A stretch of 63,388 nucleotides of DNA, filler included, from Phoronis australis (taxonomy: Eukaryota > Animalia > Phoronida): the NCBI GenBank assembly GCA_002633005.1. It is 10 parts of 10 records of this genome, joined end to end, with 100 filler letters (N's around TTAATTAATTAA, not from the genome) between each part and the next. Parts side by side here need not be neighbours in the genome. Positions count along the whole stretch, not along the records: positions 36,551 to 42,597 come from NMRA01002235.1; positions 42,698 to 48,369 come from NMRA01002294.1; 8 more parts are not named here. One strand, given 5' to 3'. The notes beneath the pieces were generated by a model. It was not told the origin of the DNA and ran no database searches. It saw only the letters and a program-made list of their open reading frames with translations. Below are positions 38,521 to 48,369 of the stretch, in pieces (within the stretch, counting starts at the first letter, position 1; every line of letters starts with the position of its first letter). Made by a program: the position numbers and the translations under genes.

Positions 38521-39484
38521 AGTTCTTATTTCACATAGTCTTTAAGCGGCGCTCCCGCTGGTCACCTGCTATTAGGCACATGTTGTTCAGATCAGATTCA
38601 TTTAATTTGACGTCCTTCCATAGTGCATGACATGAGGTGACATGACAGTAACACTGTAACACATGCTCAATCCTACATAAAATGTACCTGCACGACAATT
38701 CGTAACTCAACACTAAGTAGAAATGATTGAGCTGGGAATCTGCTGGGACACAATGAGACAAATTCCATTAAAAAAGGTGAATGAACAAAGCATCAATGAC
38801 CTTTTGTCCTACGCTTGTTCTACATATCTTAGACAGTATTAGAATCATCTGCAACACAGGCAATACCAATGATTCTGAAGATTGGTGCTCCACTGATTTA
38901 AACAAGATTAATACAGGGATGTTGACAGATGCGGTAGTCAAATTAGCCCACAAATCAAACGGTGCTTGCTAATTGTTATCATATACTTTTAAAGGCGAAG
39001 GCAACCTTAACTGACTAGCCGGAAATGTGGGTACAGAAATAACTGATGACAGCCGGTAATTATCTGCTCACAGAGAAGGGTCAAATACCGGCGGGTAAAA
39101 GAACGCTTGTGGCATGAAAAGGCAAAAGAATATAATGACAGGGTATTGAAAAAAAGGTTTTATTTATTAAGTATTTTCGGATACTGGAGCCACATTGGCA
39201 TTTTAAGATAAGGACTTTAAAGGCGAAGGCAACCTTTTTCATGTCATTTTGAGCTAAAATAAGGTTGGTTGGTTATCCTAGACATATTTTCCACTTAATT
39301 ACAGCTTTTCGTAATTTTGTTAATTACTCGTCCGCTACTCCGGAAGTGACGTTTTAGGAGGCAAGCATTTCGCGCCAATTTCTTTTCATATAGTCTGACT
39401 GTGAGAGCTCCCGAGTCAGTCATTGTTCTACCTCGGTTGTGTTAAGTTACGTCGTCGTTTGCTTTCATTTACTAGTCAGTCAAC

Positions 39485-40270
39485 ATGCCACACTGTTGCT
39501 GCGTACCGGAATGTACTAATTATCGTATCACGCGCGCTTTGGGAGTACCTTAGCATCGCTTTCCGATGGATGACACACTTCGCCGTACTTGGCTCATTCG
39601 TGTGAAGAACGCAGCGTTACCCGTCCACCCAACGTACAAAGCAGTCGAGAATTACCGTGTGTGTGGCATGCACTTTCTGCCGTCTGATTACGAAAGAGAT
39701 TTGTACGCTGAACTGATGAAAGTCCCTGTGAAACAACGCCTGAAGAAGGATGCCATTCTGTCTGTGTTGATTCCCGGCAGTGCCCCGTCGCCACCCCCGA
39801 GAAGTGCGTTTTTAGAGAGAGAAGCCTCGCGAGCTGTGGCCAGTACAGTGACTGGAGCCAGTGGAGGCACTTCATCCACTGTCACCCGTGCCTCCGAACG
39901 TACCCCAGAGCGTGCCATTCCTGGAACCAGTAGTGATTCGCCCTGTGCTGTCTTCTCCAGCCCAGAGCCTCTAAGCAGCCCTGCAGCGATATTGAGTAGT
40001 GGGAGTGATTACAGGCCCAGTTCGACAGCCAGTAAAGAGGACAGTTCGTCGTCCAGTGAACAGATCGGTGAGCCAAACTTTGATAAGTTTATTGTGGACT
40101 TGTATTGGAGCCATTTAGAAGGTGCCAGGTGTGTGATGAGGGAGTCACACGACACGATGTAAGCAGTTTGGGTGCTCAGGTCACCATAAGGCCAGTGGGA
40201 GTGTGTCGCGGGACACTCTGGCAAGTTGGACAGTTGTTCCTCTGTTCGTGGTATGCCGGAGGTCCACTTA
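39485..40270 (+). pseudogene. THAP-domain transposase N-terminal fragment
   Basis: MPHCCCVPECTNY...VP*HRFPMDDTLRRTWLIRVKN...RVCGMHFLPSDY...RLKKDAILSV is a C2CH THAP with in-frame TAG at 39551. The downstream FIVDL..CQVC..WECVAGHSGK region is frameshifted. Confidence 0.85.
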
Positions 40271-40573
40271 ACCGTGTCCAGTAGTGACTTGGCCTCGTCG
40301 AACTCTGAACAGCACAAGCATTCCATTGAGGTAGGCATACCAACGCACACAGTGCATTTGCACCAAGATGTGTCACCACGTCTGTCCTCAGTAGCCGCCT
40401 CATTTCTCTCAACAGCTGCCTGTGCCTGTGCGTACTCTGCCTCGTTATACTCGGGCTCAAACATGAACCCACCCACTGAATATCCGTGAAAAAATTCCTC
40501 GTCACCACTGCTGTGAACAAGGTCTCCGTCACTCACACTACTGTCACTGTGATACGGGTCACCGACTAGCCAT
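40270..40573 (-). pseudogene. KolX-like / P2X7-ballast-like cysteine-cluster ORF fragment
   Basis: Acidic N-terminus, GFMFEPEY, RRGDTSWCKCTVCVGMPTSMECLCCSE. A 2-bp deletion follows the ATG relative to the copies starting at 26087 and 27485. Confidence 0.75.
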
Positions 40574-41260
40574 TTTCAGCTTACAACACACTAAACAATC
40601 CCTAAATCCAACATAGTTGAGTTTTCTACAACCTATCTTGCCGCAGAATACTCGCCGATGGAAAGTGGTGGCGACAATTGTTGAAAACAGCACAAAACAA
40701 GAGTAGAATAGAACAGATTCGCACGGTAAACTCAACGCAAAACCAAGTGGCGGGAAACGCTTGCCTCCTAAAACGTTACTTCCGGAATAGAGGACGAGTA
40801 ATTAACAAAATTGCGAAAAGCTGTAATTAAGTGGAAAATATGTCTAGGATAACCAACCAACCTTATTTTAGCTCAAAATGACATGAAAAAAGGTTGCCTT
40901 CGTCTTTAAAGTCCTTATCTTAAAATGCCAATGTGGCTCCAGTATCCGAAAATACTTAATAAATAAAACCTTTTTTTCAANATACCCTGTCATTATATTC
41001 TTTTGCCTTTTCATGCCACAAGCGTTCTTTTACCCGCCGGTATTTGACCCTTCTCTGTGAGCAGATAATTACCGGCTGTCATCAGTTATTTCCGTACCCA
41101 CATTTCCGGCTAGTCAGTTAAGGAACTTGTCCTGAATGCCGCCATTTTATATTTGTAACTGAATGTGCTATCGTTTTCTCGAAAAGTCTTCATTATTTTG
41201 TTTTATTAGTAATATCTCGTGATTCGTTTGTATATATAGTGTATTGATAGTTCGCAGTTA

Positions 41261-41820
41261 CCGTATTTGCCCTAATAACCGCCCATACCCCTATAAGTGC
41301 CCCCAATGCATTTTCAGACTTTTCTAAAATAAGCGCCCAAATGCCTTACCTAAAGTCCTAAAATTCTACAGTAACGTCTTCAATTTACCTATAATATCCG
41401 ACAGTCCTGAAAAAATCATTCTGGGCAGAATTTGTAGACCACGAGCGTCGCCGCTATGTCAGTATTTAGCCGTGACTATACACTTCAAACTTCTGCCATG
41501 CCTCAAAATGAACACGCAAGTTTTGCTGATCTTGCGAGGAATGTGTACCACTATTTCAGAATAGACGTACTGTACTTGTCAATGGGATTGTATTGTAGAT
41601 ATTTCCCGCCCTCAACAGGAATTTCTTTGTACACATGAAAACCAAAACCATTCGAAGACTAATAAAAAAACTTGGCCAGAGTTAAAAGCACGAGGCCAGG
41701 AAGCTCGCGCTACAAAGATGTACCTGTCATCAAGGACATTAGTTGGGAACTATTCACTCACGAAACGGGTAGCATAGCACCGGCAAGAAATGAATATTGG
41801 CACTAATTTCCGACAGTTTC
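41261..41820. mobile_element. TA-CCGTA type MITE, second copy (interrupted)
   Basis: TA|CCGTATTTGCCCTAATAACCGCCC start; homologous in inverted orientation to ~2200-2600. Confidence 0.7.
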
Positions 41821-41821
41821 T

Positions 41822-42597
41822 AACGCAGAGCATTGAAATGCGCCCACGAATACACCGCAAACAATGTGCTTCTAGAGTTGTTCATTTCGATCAAGAATAT
41901 TGCCACTAGATGGCGCAACACGTCTACTCCATCTGAAAATGGAGCATGTCATCGGTTCTTTAATAGAAAGCCGTTAACCAATAAATTTCCTAAAAATCTG
42001 TCAAGAAACTTCAGAGAAGCAAAGAAAAGCGGAAAAAATGAAATTGCCACTAGGGGGCGCACCTTCCGCCTCAAACTCGCCGTCTATTGTAAGCTTCATA
42101 TAAATACACTTACTAAATTTATAAAGATCCTGCATTGGGTTTAGGAGATACAGCTATGGCCACAAAACGAAACAAAACAAAACAAAACAAAATCACCACT
42201 AGGAGATGCCACAGTAACCAAAGTTGTCAGTATAACCAACCTCCTCACACTGAGTACAAGCCAATTTTCAAAATCATTCTTAGAATGGTTTGGTTGATAG
42301 AGCGGTGGACATAGAAGTACAGACTCGAAAACAGTAAAAATGGCCACTAGGTGGCGCAAAATACCTAGAATGCATCCGAAAACGGGAGGATAGTGTCATC
42401 TCAACAATAGATGCCTATAATAATATTTTACGAAAATATGTTGAGGACCTTTGAAGGTACAGAGATAAACGTAAAAAACTAAACTGTCACTAGGGGGCGC
42501 ACCAGTTACTCGATTCCAGGCGAAAGTCGTCACTGTCTGTTGCCACCATCATATAAACACACTTGCTTAATTTAGTAAAGATTCTGCAAACGGTTTA
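41822..42597 (+). mobile_element. Helentron-type non-autonomous element with internal ~145-bp tandem units
   Basis: Head AACGCAGAGCATTGAAATGCGCCCAC shared with 50966 and with ~63030-63068 (reverse); five CCACTAGGGGGCGC-like motifs. Confidence 0.7.
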
Positions 42598-42967
42598 NNN
42601 NNNNNNNNNNNNNNNNNNNNNNNNNNNNNNNNNNNNNNNNNTTAATTAATTAANNNNNNNNNNNNNNNNNNNNNNNNNNNNNNNNNNNNNNNNNNNNGTA
42701 CATATGCACAAATTTTGGGCAACTTAAAATGGATCTATCCTTACTAATTACTTAATCAATATTTATTCTGACAGTATTAATGAATCCAACAAATTGTCCA
42801 AAAATATGTCACTGTCTGATTTGAAAGTATCACTTGTACTTATCTTTTGGTGACACAGAACACTTTTTGTCTATGTCATATATAGACAGAACCTAGTCCC
42901 TTGAGGAAAGTGTGGGGATAGTCTTGTCAATAGACGTAAAATGACCTGAATGTGTAATACTCTACTC

Positions 42968-43118
42968 AGTTGACCTAGATATGTAAGACACACCTCCTCT
43001 TTTGCATAAGTTAACCTGAATTGTAAGAAACGTCTCTTCGAGGACATAAGTTGACCTAGATATGTAAGACAGGCCTCCTCTTGTGGATAAGTTGATCTGG
43101 ATATGTAAGACATGCCTC
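42968..43118. repeat. ~40-bp degenerate tandem repeat x4
   Basis: AGTTGACCTAGATATGTAAGACA..CCTCCTCTT units. Confidence 0.8.
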
Positions 43119-43498
43119 TCCGTACCACAAATATTTGGTGTCCTCTATGGACCTAGTATTGTGACTGATAATAGGAAGATGAGAAACTGTACATAAACTG
43201 AGACATTAAAGAATTGACTTAATGCCGTTTTGTGTTATTCCATAAGGTGATGGACTTTAATGCACGAAGCATCCCAATCATTCTACTTTTGTCTCAATAA
43301 ATGATATTAACAAATTTTAACAAAATGGTGAATGTGCTTTTTCTGATCAAATGTAGGCAGTTTTATCAATTAGTTCTGTCCATGATATAACTCTTCAGAG
43401 TCAATTTGCATATTGGATAACTGCATCTGTTCAGTAATAAATAAATAAATTATTGATTTTGCCTGAAACATCATTATAGTTTGAATTTTGATGGACAG

Positions 43499-43689
43499 GC
43501 TGAAGAGTCATTACTCTTCCTATGAGCCCACACTACGGCATCTGAAGACGAAATACGAGACGGCTATGAAGGAGAAGATGTTGACCAAATTGGAGCGTGA
43601 TCGTGTCTTAGGTCAGGTGACTGGCTTACAGAGTACTCTGAAGAACATTGAGGCTTACAGAGGCGTTCCAGTGTCAGGAGGGACAGATG
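43499..43689 (+). CDS. SPAG16: SPAG16 (PF20) exon, coiled-coil region
   Basis: LKSHYSSYEPTLRHLKTKYETAMKEKMLTKLERDRVLGQVTGLQSTLK resembles SPAG16 HYASYEPT..KEKMLTSLERD; AG/GT boundaries. Confidence 0.9.
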
Positions 43690-43985
43690 GTGAGGCAAAC
43701 CTACAAGTCTTTCTTTATTGAATATTAAATGACTAATTGTAAGCCAGTGTTAAACTCTTTAGTTGCCCTATGGTATGCCAGTGATACACTGTTCAGTTGT
43801 CCTGTTTTACTCAAAGAAGCTTTCCTGTGGGGCCCATTAACCCATAATGCCCTGTCACCTTTGACCTCTTATTACTTTCAAATGTGGATTACCAAACACA
43901 ACAAATAAACTTTTAACAGAAATGTCACCGTAGTATGTTTTATTTAAATGTTGTTTCTGGGAACTTTTCCTGTCCATCTGCTTAG

Positions 43986-44140
43986 GTCTCCAGTCAGCCA
44001 ACACCAAGCCAGTCTGTCAAAGGGGTCGTGAGATACTTGTGGATGGTGAAGGTCGTGGCCCAACACAACGGCAGATTGTTCAAGAGAGAATGAAGAGTAG
44101 GGATGTCACGCAATTGCCTCCACCCAGTAAACATCCAGAT
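43986..44140 (+). CDS. SPAG16: SPAG16 exon (linker)
   Basis: (G)LQSANTKPV...GRGPTQRQIVQER...SKHPD; CTTAG acceptor, GTAAGT donor; phase 1/0 bridges the flanking exons. Confidence 0.8.
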
Positions 44141-44190
44141 GTAAGTGGCGCCCTCTAGCTCAGTTTTGTATGTCCTCTTATTGTCAATGT

Positions 44191-44840
44191 TTGGTGTATT
44201 ACTTGGAATGTGATACAGATTGGTGTATTGCTTGGAATGTGATAAAGATTGGTGTATTACTTGGAATGTGATACAGATTGGTGTATTACTTGGAATGTGA
44301 TACAGATTGGTGTATTGCTTGGAATGTGATAAAGATTGGTGTATTACTTGGAATGTGATACAGATTGGTGTATTACTTGGAATGTGATAAAGATTGGTGT
44401 ATTACTTGGAATGTGATACAGATTGGTGTATTACTTGGAATGTGATACAGATTGGTGTATTNNNNNNNNNNNNNNNNNNNNNNNNNNNNNNNNNNNNNNN
44501 NNNNNNNNNNNNNNNNNNNNNNNNNNNNNNNNNNNNNNNNNNNNNNNNCTTGGAATGTGATAAAGATTGGTGTATTACTTGGAATGTGATACAGATTGGT
44601 GTATTACTTGGAATGTGATACAGATTGGTGTATTGCTTGGAATGTGATACAGATTGGTGTATTGCTTGGAATGTGATAAAGATTGGTGTATTACTTGGAA
44701 TGTGATAAAGATTGGTGTATTACTTGGAATGTGATACAGATTGGTGTATTACTTGGAATGTGATAAAGATTGGTGTATTACTTGGAATGTGATACAGATT
44801 AGTGTATTACTTGGAATGTGATACAGATTGGTATATTACT
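44191..44840. repeat. 29-bp minisatellite, ~20 copies, with internal gap
   Basis: TTGGTGTATTACTTGGAATGTGATACAGA units. Confidence 0.95.
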
Positions 44841-44960
44841 AATCTTTCTAAACCTTTTCAACTGAAGTTAAGTTCTTGCTGAAATCACATCTTTTACAAA
44901 AGCAGTTTCAAAAGTAGTGAATCCTAAGAAGTATGCATAACACACATCATGTTGTTACAG

Positions 44961-45094
44961 GACAGTGAGTACCCCCCTGACACTGGAGTCAACCCCAATC
45001 TGGCTCTGGTAAAGGGACCGCCCGGGCATCTGACCAGAAGTGGTGGATTTAGACAAGCCACCTTATTTCAGGCACACAAAGCTGCCGTCAGTAG
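44961..45094 (+). CDS. SPAG16: SPAG16 exon
   Basis: DSEYPPDTGVNPNL...GGFRQATLFQAHKAAVS; TTACAG acceptor, GTATGT donor; phase 0/2. Confidence 0.88.
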
Positions 45095-45304
45095 GTATGT
45101 GACCAACATCTACATCATGAAGAGACAATATGGCCCAGTAGGGATTGAGTGTCCACCTCCTGCTCTCAAGGTTGTGGCTTCAAATTTTAATGGACTCCAC
45201 TGTTAGGCCTTTATGTCCGGCTCCTTATGTGTTGGTGTTAAGATATGAAAAAATGGTTTCAGGTGTTTCGTGCTATGTTCCCATCTGAGCGGCAGGCACA
45301 CGTC

Positions 45305-45545
45305 TGATGCAACATGTATCAGACTAACTAACTACACTAACTAAAGTTGGCCTGATCGAGCCAGGCAAAGATCGCTAAATGTCACACAGTCATATGCAAC
45401 GTGTATCAGACCACGTGCACTAACTAAAGTTGGCCTGAGCCAGGCAAAGATCACTAACTGTTGTACAATCATATGCAACATGTATCAGATGACCCACACT
45501 AACTAAATTAATACTTGACCTGAGCCAGACAGAGACCACTCAATT
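45305..45545. repeat. ~80-bp degenerate tandem repeat x3
   Basis: ATGCAACATGTATCAGA...CACTAACTAAAGTTGGCCTGA..GCCAGGCAAAGATC units. Confidence 0.7.
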
Positions 45546-45941
45546 CAGTATAATCATATCTTTGTATTTTCAATCATTGACAATTATGCTTTCTTCATAC
45601 TTCACCTGCTTATGTTTATTCTCTGCAGAGAAACAATGGACTCTGGTGATGGGCTAAGACATAACTTTATTGAAAAAATAAGGCGCTCATTATAGTTCTA
45701 TGATGTAAACTATACAGTGACCTCTGTTGTGTAAATGAAATCAATTAGAGTGTGCTTGTTAGGCTTTCATATTTGGACTGAGCTGGGTCACTTATTTTCC
45801 TTGTTGAGTCTCCAAGTTGTTAGTTTTAAGGTAAGACTATTGTCAGGAAATGTCAATTGAAGCTTAAAGGTTACATTACGTTTACTTCATGTATTGGTAC
45901 ATAGTTTTGGACAGTATTTGTATTGTATGCTCCTTCTCCAG

Positions 45942-46085
45942 CGTTGCACTTCATCCCCGTAAACAAGTACTGGCCACGACCAGTGATGACCACTCTTGGA
46001 AGTTATGGTCAATACCTAGTGGTGAGGTCATCATGACAGGTGAAGGGCACACTGACTGGATTGCTGGCTCGGATTTCCACCCTGG
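45942..46085 (+). CDS. SPAG16: SPAG16 exon (WD40)
   Basis: VALHPRKQVLATTSDDHSWKLWSIPSGEVIMTGEGHTDWIAGSDFHP; phase 2/2. Confidence 0.92.
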
Positions 46086-46423
46086 GTAGGTGATCTTTGA
46101 CCCAAGAGGTTATGGGTTGATACAATATACATCAGTTTTAATGTGGTGAAGTTGAATATGTTGAAGTCTAAAGATGGGAGATGGTCCTAGCTTATATTGC
46201 CTTTTATAATCATTATGGGAGATTGCCTAAGTTTGAGGTTGTCATACTAAGCTTATCAATTTTAGTAAGTTTCATTTTCTGTCATTGTTACTTCTGTCAG
46301 TTGGTGCCACTGTCAAAATATCTTGTCATTATGACTTGATGATCCACTGAATTAAAGCATCATTCATTTACATACGATTAAATTGAATTTAGTTCACCTC
46401 GTTGTTTGCATTGCTCCCTCTAG

Positions 46424-46609
46424 TGGTGGCCAGCTGGCAACATGCAGTGGCGACACTACTGTTAAAATCTGGGACTTCTCAGAGGCGCAGTGTGTACACA
46501 CCTTCTTGGATCACACCCACGCTGTGTGGGGCGTATCCTGGCACTCGTGCGGTGACTTTGTGGCATCCTGTAGCATGGATAACATGTCAAAGATTTGGGA
46601 TTTGAACAG
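46424..46609 (+). CDS. SPAG16: SPAG16 exon (WD40)
   Basis: GQLATCSGDTTVKIWDF...HTHAVWGVSWHSCGDFVASCSMDNMSKIWDLN; phase 2/2. Confidence 0.93.
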
Positions 46610-46746
46610 GTTTGTATTGAACACTTTGGTGTGTATTGAACACTTTGGTTTGTATTGAACACTTTGGTTTGTATTGAACACTTTAGTTTGTATTGAATAC
46701 TTTGTTTTGTATGGAACACTTTGGTTTGTATTGAACAGTTTGGTTT
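46610..46746. repeat. 20-bp minisatellite x7 starting at the splice donor
   Basis: GTTTGTATTGAACACTTTG-type units. Confidence 0.85.
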
Positions 46747-46979
46747 TCTTGAGGAGGTTGGTTTTGTATGGTGAAGGACTTACAGTAGATTTATCTTCAA
46801 TTGCTTCAATCAGTTAAGACAAAGTGTAGAGAGGCACTACTCAACTGTATTATGATTTAATGTAAGTTGTTTACCAAAGATATCAACTTACACTTTTCCC
46901 TACGGCATTAAGTCTGTAGCAGCCACAATTAGTATACAATAAGTTTGATCCTTGTGTAGCTATATGCATGGAGCACCCG

Positions 46980-47330
46980 TTGATATTTAGTCATAGTGCA
47001 TTGATGTAATGAATAATGAAACAGTATTGTCAAAAGTCATTCAGCCAGTGATATTTAGTCATAGTGCATTGATGTATAAATGAATAATGAAACAGTATCG
47101 TCAAAAGTAATTCAGCCAGTGATATTTAGTCATAGTGCATTGATGTAATGAATAATGAAACAGTATCGTCAAAAGTCATTCAGCCAGTGATATTTAGTCA
47201 TAGTGCATTGATGTTAATGAATAATGAAACAGTATCATCAAAAGTCATTCAGCCAGTGATATTTAGTCATAGTGCATTGATATAATGAATAATGAAACAG
47301 TATCGTCAAAAGTCATTCAGCCAGTGATAT
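46980..47330. repeat. ~68-70-bp tandem repeat x5
   Basis: TGATATTTAGTCATAGTGCATTGATGTAATGAATAATGAAACAGTATCGTCAAAAGTCATTCAGCCAG units. Confidence 0.92.
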
Positions 47331-47431
47331 AAAAAATTCTGTTAGTAAGTCATCTCTAATGTTTTTCTTTTATTCTTCCAAACAAACATTTGATTATAAA
47401 CATGAGGGTGCCTCTTGTCATATGTTTCCAG

Positions 47432-47558
47432 TCTGCGCTGCCGTAACACACTACGAGGTCACGCGGACTCCGTCAACTCTATAGAGTTCCTGCCATACTC
47501 TAACACTGTGTGTACAGCGTCTGCTGATAAGACAGTCTCCATGTGGGATATCAGGACA
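47432..47558 (+). CDS. SPAG16: SPAG16 exon (WD40)
   Basis: LRCRNTLRGHADSVNSIEFLPYSNTVCTASADKTVSMWDIRT; phase 2/0. Confidence 0.93.
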
Positions 47559-47733
47559 GTGAGTAGTTACATCATCTTCCTACAGGGGCTGCTCTAGGTG
47601 TGTTGTGTGAGATATCAATTTGGTAAAAACATTTGATTGTAAGAGTCTCATAACTGGTATTGCTCTACTGTCAGTGAGTGGTTGTTTCTGTGGGTTTCTT
47701 TTATTTTACCATGATGTTTATATTACCTTTCAG

Positions 47734-47799
47734 GGTCTGTGTGCCCACACATTCTACGGCCACATGCACTCCGTCAACCATTGTACATTTAATATCAAG
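47734..47799 (+). CDS. SPAG16: SPAG16 exon (WD40)
   Basis: GLCAHTFYGHMHSVNHCTFNIK; TTTCAG acceptor, GTAAGT donor. Confidence 0.92.
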
Positions 47800-48174
47800 G
47801 TAAGTGTGGATATTTTGGTATAAGGGGCATTCTCTAAAGTAGTCATACAATGACATCACCTTTAGTTCATGGTTGCTCGCTTGGAGATTTTAATTGTCAA
47901 GTCAATCTACAATGACATCAAGCTTACAAAAAGAAAATTTATAGTTACAGGCATAGTAGTTAATGAACTCCATTTTGTTCCAAAATGTAATCATGAGATG
48001 AGGAATACTGACTCATACAAAAATATCAATATTTCTGACCAATAAGGATTCCTTAAAAATGGCATGTGGATTTTCTTGGAGTCAAGTGTGACTGTTTTGT
48101 TAATTCTGGTGTTTTATGTTGATTAGATGAGCTTGGCAATCACCCTTCGGAACTCTGTTTGATCTCGTTTTCAG

Positions 48175-48369
48175 GGTACAACGATCGCCTCATGTGACTC
48201 TTATGGCATGGTCACACTCTGGGATTGTCGCACTTCCGCCCCAATGACAACAATTGATGTTGGTCCTCATCCAGCCAATCATGTGGCTTTTGACTCCTCT
48301 GGCTCGCTTCTGGCAATCTCCAACAATGACTCCACAGTAAAGCTATACGAGGTGGCAAATGCTCAGGTC
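48175..48369 (+). CDS. SPAG16: SPAG16 exon (WD40), 3' end at contig edge
   Basis: GTTIASCDSYGMVTLWDCRTSAPMTTIDVGPHPANHVAFDSSGSLLAISNNDSTVKLYEVANAQ; TTTTCAG acceptor; possible donor after 48366. Confidence 0.88.

Larger units (their letters stand above)
39221..40905 (+). mobile_element. Complete Kolobok-type non-autonomous DNA transposon (internal deletion derivative)
   Basis: TTAA on both sides; ~155-bp TIRs starting AGGCGAAGGCAACC; convergent THAP-transposase and KolX-like ORF stubs; no DDE core. Confidence 0.88.
39007..41121. repeat. Long inverted repeat: ~215 bp of flank (39007-39220 vs 40906-41121) extending the element TIRs
   Basis: 39007 TTAACTGACTAGCCGG...TAAGGACTTTAA is the reverse complement of 40906 TTAAAGTCCTTA...CCGGCTAGTCAGTTAA with very few mismatches. 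Confidence 0.9.

Noticed and set aside
44191-44840. CRISPR-like array (also 46980-47330, 32077-32267, 59462-59927)
   Set aside because: Head-to-tail repeats with no unique spacers, no cas genes and a eukaryotic intron context.
27965-48369. Cluster of WD40 genes (WDR11, NUP43, SPAG16) as a functional locus
   Set aside because: Each gene is on a separate spacer-delimited contig in size-sorted order, so adjacency is unsupported.
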